Positions 29,647 through 40,273 of a stretch of DNA of 64,000 bases are shown one piece after another (positions within the stretch are counted from its first letter, which is position 1; the number at the start of each line of letters is the position of its first letter). The DNA comes from Thermofilaceae archaeon. Lineage in GTDB: Archaea; Thermoproteota; Thermoprotei; Thermofilales; Thermofilaceae. The notes under the pieces are model-generated. The model worked only from the letters and a program-made list of their open reading frames with translations, had not been told where the DNA came from and ran no database searches. The translations under genes and the position numbers were made by a program. The DNA lies in the NCBI GenBank assembly GCA_038861545.1, contig JAWCCZ010000001.1, positions 160,001 to 224,000 of the forward strand, written 5' to 3'.

Positions 29647-31239
29647 CTATACGGTTAAAAATTTCAAAGGCAAGCTAATACCTTTATCGATCACATCGAA
29701 CGCGTGCTTGTAGAGTTTATCAGTTAGATACACGCACCTAAGTAGATTTCTCGTAGAGAGGTAAACGTGCTTCGGGAGCGCAAAAGGTGGCCCGTTTCTG
29801 ATATCCCAAGGCGCATGTACATCGTCAATCCCCTCGAAGTCTAAAAGCGTAACAGTATAACGGCTTGGATCCCTTTCCTCTCTCAGAAGCTCTTCCGCCA
29901 GCCTTAGGGTCCACGGATCCATCGCATCCATGATTACATCTTCCCTCAAGTCGTCTTCAATCAGGTACTTGTTGCAAAACTGGTCGTTTAACCACACCAG
30001 TGCGTGGTCGAAGCCCTTACCCGCTCTGCCGAACATCGCATCCAATGCCAGAGCCTCGAGTGCTAGAGGGTTTGTACCAGCAAACATAAAGCCTCCGAAC
30101 CTTCTTCTACCATATATTAGTGGGCCTTCCCCCTCCATACCGACGACGCCCGATATAAGCCCGGCTATCCTTGTTCCAGCTCTATCCAGCTCATCTAAAA
30201 TAGTAGCGAACATCCCAATATATCTAATGATCGAGTAGCCCATGCTGAGTAGAAATGGAATTAAATTGCTAACATATATGTGTGGTTCGCTAGCCACCAG
30301 CTCTTCTCCACCTTCAACGCACACGTCCAAGGGGGCGGAGAAGGAATACCCATTACTCAAGATTATCTTCCTTCCAGCCCTTATCGTCTCGAAGGTTCTC
30401 TCAACCGGGATCTCGTAACCTAAGTATTGCTCAGCAAATTCCCTATCGAATAGTTTAAGGGGTACGCCGTTAATATGCCATCTATAGCGCCGAGGTACCC
30501 AAAGCCATCCGAAGTTTTTCATAAGTAAAGAGTACACTGTTGTAGAATGAGTCTTGGCAATAGATAAGAGAAGCACAAGATCATAGTTTTCACTAAAAAG
30601 GGGTTTCGGAGGTGTAGCGTGGGCGAAAAATCCCAGCTCGTAGCCTTCAGCCCATTTAATCGGTAGATCTTCGAGCTCAGTTGAGTTACTGTAAAGGTTA
30701 ATGAAGAAAACTTTTCCATCATACTTTTTATCCGAGAATACCCTCACATACCCAAGCTCCCACGCAACTCTAAGGGGGTCTAACCATGGTGAATCCATAG
30801 CTACATGTATCTCCTCAGTCCCATGTTCCAGTAATGCATCGACGGCACCCGCAAGAATAGCAGGTTGCGTTGATAGTGGTTGCAAATCAGCGTGGACACT
30901 AATCCCGTTCTCGCGGGCGATAAACTTCAGTTTTGGGTCAGTTAAAAACTCTCCAGCACTGACGTCAGAGTCCGGTTTAATTAGAACTTTCCTGACGACT
31001 CCAAGTTTCTGCAATAGCTCTGAGACCAGAGCTCGCGAAGCTGCATAATTACATTTAGGAACTTCCGCCCACTCAGGTACCCTTGCAGCGTAAATTTCCC
31101 CTTCGCTCCCAGACCATATTTCAGACTTACGCATAGGCCTTAATGGTACGTAAAGCTCCGGGTTTACTAGCGGTACAAACCAGTCAGTTTCGGCTTGTTC
31201 ATATATTATCTGTGGAGGGATCCTTTCAAAGTTAGCCAT
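29647..31239 (-). CDS. DUF362 family protein (start reassigned to ATG at 31239)
   Basis: KVLIKPD, AKTH...LLMKN.G and GMEGEGP motifs. Confidence 0.7.
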   Translation of the reverse strand: MANFERIPPQIIYEQAETDWFVPLVNPELYVPLRPMRKSEIWSGSEGEIYAARVPEWAEVPKCNYAASRALVSELLQKLGVVRKVLIKPDSDVSAGEFLTDPKLKFIARENGISVHADLQPLSTQPAILAGAVDALLEHGTEEIHVAMDSPWLDPLRVAWELGYVRVFSDKKYDGKVFFINLYSNSTELEDLPIKWAEGYELGFFAHATPPKPLFSENYDLVLLLSIAKTHSTTVYSLLMKNFGWLWVPRRYRWHINGVPLKLFDREFAEQYLGYEIPVERTFETIRAGRKIILSNGYSFSAPLDVCVEGGEELVASEPHIYVSNLIPFLLSMGYSIIRYIGMFATILDELDRAGTRIAGLISGVVGMEGEGPLIYGRRRFGGFMFAGTNPLALEALALDAMFGRAGKGFDHALVWLNDQFCNKYLIEDDLREDVIMDAMDPWTLRLAEELLREERDPSRYTVTLLDFEGIDDVHAPWDIRNGPPFALPKHVYLSTRNLLRCVYLTDKLYKHAFDVIDKGISLPLKFLTV

Positions 31240-31436
31240 AAACTTCAACTTAAAGTGAAGCGTAAAAGCGTTTCCACACTTTAGCCAGTAAATATGTTTC
31301 CTCAAGTTTCATTATACGTAGGAGGTAATGCTTCTTGCTTCAATACTTTCTGACTAAGTTCCAGCTAACTAGGCCTATAAGCTTAAAAAAGTTTATAGTA
31401 GAAGTTTTAAACACAGCTTGGCTGGTGCGTTAATCC

Positions 31437-32072
31437 ATGGGTACGGTGCGTTTTGTTTCGCTGGATCTAGACGGTACACTAGTAACAAAGGAATACGTGG
31501 ATTACTTCTGGCTTGAGCTTGTGCCAAGGTTGTATGCTAAGAGATACGGGGTCAGCCTGAATAAAGCTAAAAGGGAAGTTTTAAGTAAATATAATGAGGT
31601 TGGGTCTCAAGACTTGCGTTGGTACATTCCAAGATACTGGTTCACGCATCTCGGATTGAGTCTTGAGCTTCTACCTAAAGCTTTGGAAGAAGCAGGACAA
31701 CTAGTTAAGCCGTACGAAGACGCAATGAGTTTTTTAAACAAGGCTCAGGGCAAGGTTGAGCTAGTACTTTGTACAAGTGCTTCTCGTGAGTTCATAGATT
31801 TAGTTTTTAACAGAGTTCCAACACTAGCGGAGTCGGTATCACGAGTTTTCTCCTCAGTATCTGATTTCTTGCTACCCGGTAAGCCGGTTGAGTTTTACAA
31901 AGCCGTGTTAAGAGTCCTAAGAGCGGCTCCCCGTGACGTTATACATGTGGGTGACGACCCGGACGCAGATTATAGGGTTCCCTTGTCCATCGGGATAAAG
32001 GCTTATCTTATCGATAGGAGTGGGAAATGCGGGCCCAACAGCCTCCTTGAATTGCTTGACATTATAGCTTGA
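31437..32072 (+). CDS. HAD-superfamily hydrolase
   Basis: DLDGTL, KP and HVGDD...D motifs. Confidence 0.9.
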   Translation: MGTVRFVSLDLDGTLVTKEYVDYFWLELVPRLYAKRYGVSLNKAKREVLSKYNEVGSQDLRWYIPRYWFTHLGLSLELLPKALEEAGQLVKPYEDAMSFLNKAQGKVELVLCTSASREFIDLVFNRVPTLAESVSRVFSSVSDFLLPGKPVEFYKAVLRVLRAAPRDVIHVGDDPDADYRVPLSIGIKAYLIDRSGKCGPNSLLELLDIIA

Positions 32073-32126
32073 CCTTGGAAGCGTTTAACCACAAATTTTA
32101 ATCCCCCTTAAAGCAGGGCAGGATTA

Positions 32127-32224
32127 GGGGCCGTAGTCTAGCTTGGTAGGATGCCAGCCTGGGGACGTACCCCGAGGTGCCGATGGAACGCTGGTGAACC
32201 CGGGTTCAAGTCCCGGCGGCCCCA
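32127..32224 (+). tRNA. tRNA-Pro(GGG) with about 24 nt of intron sequence in the anticodon loop (32165-32188)
   Basis: GGGGCCG acceptor stem, CCAGC/GCTGG anticodon stem, GGTTCAAGTCC T arm. Confidence 0.88.
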
Positions 32225-32405
32225 TTATAGTGTACCTCTACTAACCACGCACGCTTTTCATATTTCTTGAGGCTTCCTCGAAGGATTTTACTAGCCGAGC
32301 TGCTTTCTCCAGTACATGCTTATTTTCGATAGCAACTCTGTAAAGCTTATAATAATTCCTCTCTTTAACCACAGATCAATTTAAAGGGTATATAAGAGGG
32401 AAAAG

Positions 32406-32876
32406 CTACAGCTTTTTCTGCATGTAAACCCTACTAATAGTAAATCCTTTCCTTCTATACCATTTAATCGCCTCCGTATTTTCTACCGTTGTAGTTAAAG
32501 CCATTCTCTCGATACCCTTTAATCTGCAGAATTCTTCCACTGCTGAGAGAAGCGCTGTACCTATACCGTGTCCCCTAAAATCTTCGCTAACTTCCATGTC
32601 GTAAATGTAACAAATAGGTATGAAATCCACTGAGTCAACTTTGATACCAGCCCATACAGCTCCGATCACTTTTCCCTCTTCATTCACTGCAAAGCGTATA
32701 AAATTCTCTGAGTTGCTCAAGTAAAGTTGTTTAACTAACTCTTCATGTCTTCGAGCATACTCATCATAGCTAAGCAGCTTCTTAACTTTCTCGCTTACGA
32801 ACGGCCAACTCATTACTCTATCAAACTCGATGAATCTCTTCAAATCTCCCTCGATAACCTTAAATTTCATGAACAT
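32406..32876 (-). CDS. GNAT acetyltransferase
   Basis: FRGHGIGTALL and N..A..WY...GF motifs. Confidence 0.9.
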   Translation of the reverse strand: MFMKFKVIEGDLKRFIEFDRVMSWPFVSEKVKKLLSYDEYARRHEELVKQLYLSNSENFIRFAVNEEGKVIGAVWAGIKVDSVDFIPICYIYDMEVSEDFRGHGIGTALLSAVEEFCRLKGIERMALTTTVENTEAIKWYRRKGFTISRVYMQKKL

Positions 32877-34342
32877 CCACCCAACCTTAAAACCTTCTCT
32901 CTAGTGGTTTCAATCCATTCACTACCTTGTAAGATAACGTAACCCAGCGTATATAGCTCGAGGATATCGAAGATTTTCTCCCGTAATTCACAGTAGGGGA
33001 CAGCGTCCACGTGAGAAGATATTGGATCAAAGTGCATCATCTCGACATGCGGGTGCTTTATCCCTCTTGGGAGATTCAGGCCCCAGATGCTGTTAGCCAA
33101 GTATAGGGAGTGTTCTAGCTCGGACTCGTCAAGTCTATATTTATTCTCTAGGATTCTACGAGTTAAGTCTCGGTAATGTTTCTTTTCATAACCTAGAAGA
33201 GTCGCTTCGATGCCATTAGCTAGCAGAAAAATTATTATCCCGGTACACTTAAAACACTTACCGCATGGTACAAGTGAGCCGTTCTTCACTAAAGGTGAGT
33301 GACAACTCATCTGTAACTTAAAGATCTCGGGGTATCTCCTAGCAAGTACTCGCTCGACTACTAAGCCTGTTACTGGCCGGATAGGCGACCACTGTTTAAC
33401 ATTTATACCTCGCTGTTCAAACCAGTTACTGGCATATTTTTCAAATTCTTGAGATTGGTCGAAAGTAGCATAGTAGTGCTTAATCCCGTTAAACTCGAAT
33501 GTCAAGTTTGAAGGATCATCAAATTCGTTGCCGAAGCAAATATTGCCGACCCCGTACTTTCCAGCTATGGGAAGAAAAGAGAAAGCATAGTGTTCAAACC
33601 AAAACAGTCTGATCGGGTAAAACTCCTTACTTTTCCTGAGAAAATTGGGTATAACAATTTTCATGTTACGTTCAATGAATGTGAAAAGACGGTCCAAGTT
33701 ACTCCAAACTTTTTTAGTTTCCGGAATATTCGCCGAGAAGTACGTGTAAGCTTTAAGCGCAACTAACCAGTGTCTTCCTGATTCGTTGAAAAAGCAAGGA
33801 TAAACTTTCATTCCAGCTTCCTTCAGGAGTGAATAAGTTAGCAGGCTATCCTTACCACCCGACGTCATTACAATACAAGTTGAAGAATCCGTGTTAAAGT
33901 CTAGTGAGGTCCCATTAAAAGTCTCGGGCAGGTCGACTTGAGCTAATGGTTTTGTATTCTCAGGCTGTACATCTTTAGAATCGGGTACATACTCGTCACG
34001 GATCAGACCGGTTCTCTTCGCTATCCTATTTACAAAGATGTCGCGTGCTGTAGCTTCGCTTATATCTAAGAAGAACTTATAATCTAGTTCATGTATCGAG
34101 AAATCGAAACGAATTTCTTCTGTAAAGAGCCTATAATTAATTACTGGTACTAAACTAACCAACTTTGCCACTTCATTAAGTTGTTGTTCGTTAAACTCCT
34201 CTCGATAGCTTTGGATTAACGTATAGCTTTTCTTCAGACCATCATATTCGAGGGTATAGTCTACTCGAAAACCCCTGGGCTTGAGCTTGATACCGTGTAC
34301 GGTTATCCTGTCAAAGCATTTCAAATTTGCTATTGTCACCAT
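32867..34342 (-). CDS. PP-loop adenine-nucleotide alpha-hydrolase with Cys cluster (MurL/QueC-like)
   Basis: SGGKDS, GNE and SCH...PCGKCFKC motifs; 491 aa. Confidence 0.65.
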   Translation of the reverse strand: MVTIANLKCFDRITVHGIKLKPRGFRVDYTLEYDGLKKSYTLIQSYREEFNEQQLNEVAKLVSLVPVINYRLFTEEIRFDFSIHELDYKFFLDISEATARDIFVNRIAKRTGLIRDEYVPDSKDVQPENTKPLAQVDLPETFNGTSLDFNTDSSTCIVMTSGGKDSLLTYSLLKEAGMKVYPCFFNESGRHWLVALKAYTYFSANIPETKKVWSNLDRLFTFIERNMKIVIPNFLRKSKEFYPIRLFWFEHYAFSFLPIAGKYGVGNICFGNEFDDPSNLTFEFNGIKHYYATFDQSQEFEKYASNWFEQRGINVKQWSPIRPVTGLVVERVLARRYPEIFKLQMSCHSPLVKNGSLVPCGKCFKCTGIIIFLLANGIEATLLGYEKKHYRDLTRRILENKYRLDESELEHSLYLANSIWGLNLPRGIKHPHVEMMHFDPISSHVDAVPYCELREKIFDILELYTLGYVILQGSEWIETTREKVLRLGGCS

Positions 34343-34484
34343 GGATCCAGCGAAATCAGGATAATAATTTCTAACGTATTAACCCCTGGAAAGATTCCCC
34401 TCTAAATTCCAATTGCAAGCTTACGTAAGTCGGGATTTAAACCATTATCGCCAAAATACTGGCGTTAGAATTATATAAAAATAT

Positions 34485-34934
34485 ATGCGTAAAAGAGAAC
34501 TGCTTACACGTCTATTCATGACAATGGTTATAGTATTCTCGGCTTTCATTTTGATTTCTATGCTAACTGACTTAGCTCTCCTATACTATGTGACTAAAAC
34601 CCTTGAAAAAGGTGAAATACCAGCTTTTTTCATTATTGAAAAAATGAATGGTTGCATCGTTGCACATGTGGACAACTTTCCAACGCTCGGCCTCTCACTT
34701 GCAATAACTTCTTTCTCAGGATTTATATTTGACAAGAAACTGGACTCAAGCTTAGCGAAAAAGTGTGGTGCAATTCCAGCAATAGTAATAATTTCCGCAT
34801 CTGCCGTCATTGGCGCCATCGTCGCGGCCATGGCTAAAAGCAACACATTTTGTGGATATATATGTCCAAGCCTGACTTGTACAAATAAGGGAGTTAGCTC
34901 CTGCGACGGTTTGCTACAAATAATGTATATGTAA
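34485..34934 (+). CDS. Hypothetical membrane protein with Cys-rich C-terminus
   Basis: Hydrophobic segments; first ORF of an AT-rich cassette. Confidence 0.45.
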   Translation: MRKRELLTRLFMTMVIVFSAFILISMLTDLALLYYVTKTLEKGEIPAFFIIEKMNGCIVAHVDNFPTLGLSLAITSFSGFIFDKKLDSSLAKKCGAIPAIVIISASAVIGAIVAAMAKSNTFCGYICPSLTCTNKGVSSCDGLLQIMYM

Positions 34935-34943
34935 GCCGTAAAA

Positions 34944-36237
34944 GTGATTAAAATTATTATAGAAACTTTTTACCTAATTAAAGGAATCATTCGCAGCCCG
35001 CGTTACTGGACTGTAATAATACCTCTTCTTGTTCAGTTACCTTATATTCCCATTCTTAGGCAGGGCACGTTAAACATTGTCTACCCTGACCTCATAGCGT
35101 TTCATTTGATACAATATTCGCTTTTCTTTTTGATTATTTGTCAAACATACTTAAATGTTTATGAAATCCTTCATATAAGTTATCTTCCAGTTACCAAACG
35201 CCGTATTTGGCATTAATAGGCAAATTGGCAGCTACGCTTTCAACTTTGCCATGGCTTTATTCTTATGCATTTCTCACTTGCTATTTATTCGCATATGAAA
35301 CTTTTCTCCTGAAATGGGAAGGGCATGCTCTAATACTAAGCGTTATGGTGGCTACTTTCGGGTTGAAATTTGCGCTACCCTCATCGATTGTTTTCTTAGT
35401 TTTACTACTTCATTTAGGTGTTAAACTTCGTATCGCATTGCTCCTCTCAACTATTATCATATTTACAAGTACTCTTAAACCGCTTAGTGAATTAATGAAC
35501 AAGCTGTTAAGTGTAAAGGTCTTTTACTTGGCTAAAACACCAGTAATAATCTTAAGTCCTCTTTTTATAATTTCAGTAACTTTTCCTACAGTAATTGCGA
35601 TTGTCACACTAGCTCCTCTTACATTAGAGGAGATGGGTATTTGTGTAAAAGTATTTGCAACTCCCTTATCGTTAAGGCTTTCCATTCTCTGGAATGAAAC
35701 GCAGGTTATTATGTGTCCCGCGAGAATTGCAAAACCAGATTTCTGGATAGCATTAACACTACTGGGTATGGAAATTGTCATACTATCTTTCATTATTCTC
35801 CCGCTAAGCTTAGCAGGTCTTCGCTACGTTGATGGAAAGCTATGGCCCCTATTTTACCTAAAGGGTCCTAAACTAAAATGGTTCGCAGTCCAACTAGCTT
35901 TTAACGCAGCATATGCTCTTACCATATACTTTGCCTCATTTAAGGCTCTTGAAATAACTGGTATAGCTACATCTCAAGGCATACTACATACTTTCTCTAT
36001 TATATTACCTATAATAGTCTTGATAGCACCTCCTATCGACGAAAAGGGGATTATGCAACTACAAGCAATTCTTATTCCCTTATCCCCTTATTTCTTTCTT
36101 TCTTCCTTTATAATGTCTCTGAAACCGTAGACATGCTCATACTTGTAGACGGCAGAATTCTACTGTTGTTATCTATACTTATTTCATTTACAGTGTACAC
36201 TCTATGGTTCAAAGCTAGGGCTTGGCTGGAGGGGTAA
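34944..36237 (+). pseudogene. Multi-pass membrane protein (probable ABC exporter permease) with two apparent frameshifts
   Basis: Frames join near 35206-35208 and near 36110-36120; the last frame ends ...WFKARAWLEG* 3 nt before the ATPase ATG. Confidence 0.6.
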
Positions 36238-36240
36238 AGT

Positions 36241-36869
36241 ATGCCACTACTTGAAGTGCGAGAACTAGCTGCCGGATACGGTGATTCCCCTATCATCAGT
36301 CCCCTTAGTTTCACGCTAGATGCCAGGGAAATTCTCCTCATCTATGGTCCTAATAGTATCGGTAAGACAACTCTTTTTAGAACTATAGCTACTTTACTGA
36401 AACCGCTTTCTGGCTCTATATTGATAGAGAGTGAAGCCGCAGGGAAGCATAAAGGAAAGATATTTTCATTCCAGAAACCATAGATTTACCCCTAAAACTC
36501 AAGGTCGTAGATTACTTGCGAATAATCTCCTTGCTCTACGGTGGTGGAAGTGTGGAATCTATTCTCGACGAGTTAGGCTTACAGAAGAGTTTAGCGATAG
36601 AACATCTTTCTCAAGGATTAAGGAGGAGGCTTCAGTTGGCATCTGCGCTTGTTGCTAAGGCAAAGATTTACGTGCTAGATGATCCAACAGTAGGTCTAGA
36701 CGACTATGCCGTAGAGTGTCTAATGCCATCGATTGTAAGCGAGCTCGCCAATAGAGGAGCGGTCTTACTTTCTACAAAGGAGGGGCGGCTTATAGAAGTC
36801 CTAAGCTTGCTAGATAAAGTAAAGGTTATTCATGCACTCAAGTATAGTCGAATGGCAACAAAAATTTAG
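36241..36869 (+). pseudogene. ABC ATPase, frameshifted
   Basis: Walker A GPNSIGKTT in one frame; LSQG and VLDDPTVGLD in another; one extra T at 36463-36466 restores IFFIPETIDLP. Confidence 0.85.
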
Positions 36870-36955
36870 ATGAATCTTATTCATTTTAAACCAAAAAGTA
36901 TTTTTCAGTTTTCTCTCTCGTATAATTATTAATAAGACGGTGATCTATTTGGGGC

Positions 36956-37900
36956 GTGCCAAGACCCGCTATAATAATCCACGGTGGAGCTGGCAGGATT
37001 CGAGAAGAGGACATTAACAATAGATTAAAATTCTTAAGAGAAGCGACAACCAGAGGTTTTGAGATTTTAACCAGTGGAGGCTCAGCGCTCAATGCAGTTG
37101 TAGAGGCAGTTGTTGTACTTGAAGACTCCGGGGTGTTTAACGCTGGTTTAGGAAGTTGTTTAACCTTTGACGGGAGCGTTGAGATGGATGCCGGCGTGAT
37201 GGATTGCGAAGGCAACATAGGAGCGGTTGCCGCTGTTAGGCGTGTCAAGAATCCAGTTTTGTTAGCCAAGAAAGTGATGGAATTGACGGATCATATACTA
37301 ATGGTGAGCGAAGGGGCTGAGAGGTTAGCTTCCACGCTGGGTTTAACGATTCCAGAGGAGCTTATCATTACCTCTGAAAAGCTGAGAAGACTTGAGGAGC
37401 TTAAAGCAAGGTGGCTTAAGGGTGAGGATTTTACATGGTTACAAAAACTTAGAATCTTATCCCAAGAATACTCTGTTTTCTTCGAAACTGTAGGAGCCGC
37501 CGCGGTTGATACTGATGGACACGTAGCGGCGGCCACCTCCACCGGGGGCTACTGGCTAAAGCTTAAAGGTAGAGTTGGGGATTCACCTATTCCTGGAGCA
37601 GGGTTTTATGCTTTAAAAAGCGTTGGAGCTTGCTCAGCTACGGGTATTGGTGAGGCAATCATAAAATCTATGTTATGTTTAAATGTCTGCGAGTACATGA
37701 GAACTGGTTTAAACGCGAAGGAGGCGACTTTAAGAGCTATAGAGTATATGAGCACTACTTTGGGACAGGGTCTGGCTGGCGTAATAGCGGTTGACACAAA
37801 TGGATGTATTGGATACGAGTTTAACACGGAAGCTATGCTAGTTGGTTTCAAGTATAAGAGCATGCAAGAGGCAGAGGCGCTGCTTGCACGTAAACCTTAA
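36956..37900 (+). CDS. Isoaspartyl peptidase / L-asparaginase (Ntn hydrolase)
   Basis: IHGGAG, FNAG.GS, ETVGA, TSTGG and GRVGDSP motifs. Confidence 0.92.
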   Translation: MPRPAIIIHGGAGRIREEDINNRLKFLREATTRGFEILTSGGSALNAVVEAVVVLEDSGVFNAGLGSCLTFDGSVEMDAGVMDCEGNIGAVAAVRRVKNPVLLAKKVMELTDHILMVSEGAERLASTLGLTIPEELIITSEKLRRLEELKARWLKGEDFTWLQKLRILSQEYSVFFETVGAAAVDTDGHVAAATSTGGYWLKLKGRVGDSPIPGAGFYALKSVGACSATGIGEAIIKSMLCLNVCEYMRTGLNAKEATLRAIEYMSTTLGQGLAGVIAVDTNGCIGYEFNTEAMLVGFKYKSMQEAEALLARKP

Positions 37901-37927
37901 TTTTAACACAGCCCGAATTCACAGTGA

Positions 37928-38761
37928 GTGTCTCCTAATATGCCAGGCGATCTCAAGCTGCGTATTCACCTAAGCGAAGGTAGCCTAGAATTATGCATTA
38001 CTGCAAAGAAGATAGACAAGGTATTTCCACATGAGGAAGTAGTACCAGCGCACTTAGATAGATTGAAGCTTGCATTGCTCAGCAGCCCCCTCCAGCGGAA
38101 CCCTATAATTATAGATTCGGCTTCAGGGCTCATACTTGATGGCACACACCGATGGGCTGCAATGCATGATCTAGGTTACAGATGGATTGTCGTTTGTGAA
38201 GTCGATTACAATAATCCTTTGATAGTTCTAGATAGATGGGTAAGAGCGTATAAACATATTAAAAGCTCCTTAGTAGAAGAAATCGCTAGGGAGTTTGAAG
38301 CAGAGCCTGTCGAGCGAAATAAGGTTGAAAACGAGGACTTAATTTTAGGAACCTCAAGCACATTATACCGCGTTAATTACACGTCGGTTGAAGAAGCGTT
38401 CACTAAGCTTCACGCAATTGAAAAAAAGCTTCTACGACTTTACGGGTATACACCATCTTATATTGCTAGCGGCTATAGAGGTAAGGTTGAAGAGTATTCA
38501 TTCTTCCTAGTACCTCCTCTACTGAGCAAGAATGATGTAGTGAAGCTTGCGCGGAAGGGTTTTTCGCTCCCGCCGAAAAGCACCAGACACTTAGTGCCGG
38601 CTCGCCCTCTAAGTGTTAACGTACCATTAAAGTTGCTAATTGATGAGTCACTAGATTTTGAGGCATTAGGCGAAATCCTACGCCAAAGGAATCCTGTGCT
38701 CTTGAAGCCGCCTATCCGGTTAGACCGGGATTATCAAGAACTGGTGCTATACTTTATTTAA
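37928..38761 (+). CDS. ParB/Srx-fold protein, SerK/SbnI-like kinase candidate
   Basis: PHEE, ILDGTHRW and C-terminal LPPKSTRH motifs. Confidence 0.65.
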   Translation: MSPNMPGDLKLRIHLSEGSLELCITAKKIDKVFPHEEVVPAHLDRLKLALLSSPLQRNPIIIDSASGLILDGTHRWAAMHDLGYRWIVVCEVDYNNPLIVLDRWVRAYKHIKSSLVEEIAREFEAEPVERNKVENEDLILGTSSTLYRVNYTSVEEAFTKLHAIEKKLLRLYGYTPSYIASGYRGKVEEYSFFLVPPLLSKNDVVKLARKGFSLPPKSTRHLVPARPLSVNVPLKLLIDESLDFEALGEILRQRNPVLLKPPIRLDRDYQELVLYFI

Positions 38762-38764
38762 CTC

Positions 38765-40273
38765 TTGAAATTAAGAAAATACGGGGTACTCTTGCGCAAA
38801 GATTACCTGGTTGGTTTTAGAGTGAGTGAGAAACCGCCACCGGTTGAAGTTATCAGTAGGGTTCTAAGGGAAGCTGGAACATGGATTGAATCCTACGGTG
38901 CGTTGCTTGAGGGTTGGGACTACGATGAGAACGAGGGCTTTATTCTTGTTCATCTAAAGTTAGAAGAAGCTCGGGTTGATCAGCTCAAAGCAGCTTTTGC
39001 TGGGCTCATATCAAAAAGCTTGGGACAGACTGTCGAGAAAGCCATCATATCGCCTAAGGGAGACAATTATGTGAAAGGTCATGGAATCCTGCCGAGCCCT
39101 TCAGTAATGGGCTTTCTACTTCGAGCTGCTCGCCAATGTAAAGCTACAGGTGATTTAACCAAGAATGAAGTATTCGCGCTACTTCTATTTTATATGCTTG
39201 GGGGCGATTTAACTCGTGTAGTACTAGCTTCTTCTTTCTTTAACTTGGATCCAAGCGAAACTGAAGCTGCGCTGCATAGACTCTCCGGTCACTACATAGA
39301 CATTGAAAAAGGTAGGCTCCTAAAACAAGGCGAAAAGCTGCTGGATTATTTAATAACTAATCTTCGCGTTCGTCCGGTCGCCAAAGAACGTTCATCGCTT
39401 TCTCTTATAGATGAAGGGTATCGTATAGAAGCTTTCAGTGTGGATAAGCTAGCGCGTTCTCTCTACTTGAGTGGAGTTCCATATAGGTACATTCCTGAAA
39501 TAGTAAACCAGGTAGCTAACACGTTACACGGTAAAAAATTCGTTTCAAGAAGAGCTCTTGCCTCCGTGGTAAGAAGCCTGATAGAAGATATGGATCGTAC
39601 AGATACTGCTCTGAGATTTTATGCTTACATTTATGCGCTTGATAGAATCTACGTATTACGTGGCGTGACCGAGGAGCGCATTAGCTGGAATTTACTAAGG
39701 AGGACCGCTTATACCATCCTAAGTAAAAGAGCTTTAAAAGTATCGTCAAGCTTAGCGGAGACTTTGGCGGAGTTAATTGCCGACAAGCTTAGGGAGACTA
39801 TAGCTTCAGAGCCATGGAAGAGTGAGAGTATAATCTTAAACGAGAATGAGCTTATCAGAATTGCTGAAGATGCAGCGCCGTTAGTCTCAAGAACATGGGC
39901 AGAACTTCACGAAATTGATCCTCACGAGTGCGCGTACGCTTACAAGTTGAGGGGAAGTGAGATCCTTCAAGCGGCTAAAGGAGCTTACGATTTCGGGGAA
40001 AGGAAGGATTTGATACTTAAAGGGCTTCACTTAGTGACTTCAGGTTTATTGCTAGAATTATGTGTCCTCCCCTCCAACCGTATAGAGCAGAATCTAGGGA
40101 TGCTTAGGGCAATAATTAAATCGAAGACAGGGGCTAGCGATGAAAAAATCAGGCGCTACCTTTCTCTCGCTTTAAAGCTTGCTCGCTCACCCACTATAAT
40201 GAGCCCGAGAGAGAATAGACAAGTGCTTAACCAGCTTGATGAATTGCTTAAGCTCGACATCTGGGGTAAGTAA
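38765..40273 (+). CDS. Multidomain hypothetical protein (wHTH-like, ATP-cone-like, HEPN-like)
   Basis: EAFSVDKLARSL..SGV ATP-cone-like motif; see findings. Confidence 0.55.
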   Translation: MKLRKYGVLLRKDYLVGFRVSEKPPPVEVISRVLREAGTWIESYGALLEGWDYDENEGFILVHLKLEEARVDQLKAAFAGLISKSLGQTVEKAIISPKGDNYVKGHGILPSPSVMGFLLRAARQCKATGDLTKNEVFALLLFYMLGGDLTRVVLASSFFNLDPSETEAALHRLSGHYIDIEKGRLLKQGEKLLDYLITNLRVRPVAKERSSLSLIDEGYRIEAFSVDKLARSLYLSGVPYRYIPEIVNQVANTLHGKKFVSRRALASVVRSLIEDMDRTDTALRFYAYIYALDRIYVLRGVTEERISWNLLRRTAYTILSKRALKVSSSLAETLAELIADKLRETIASEPWKSESIILNENELIRIAEDAAPLVSRTWAELHEIDPHECAYAYKLRGSEILQAAKGAYDFGERKDLILKGLHLVTSGLLLELCVLPSNRIEQNLGMLRAIIKSKTGASDEKIRRYLSLALKLARSPTIMSPRENRQVLNQLDELLKLDIWGK

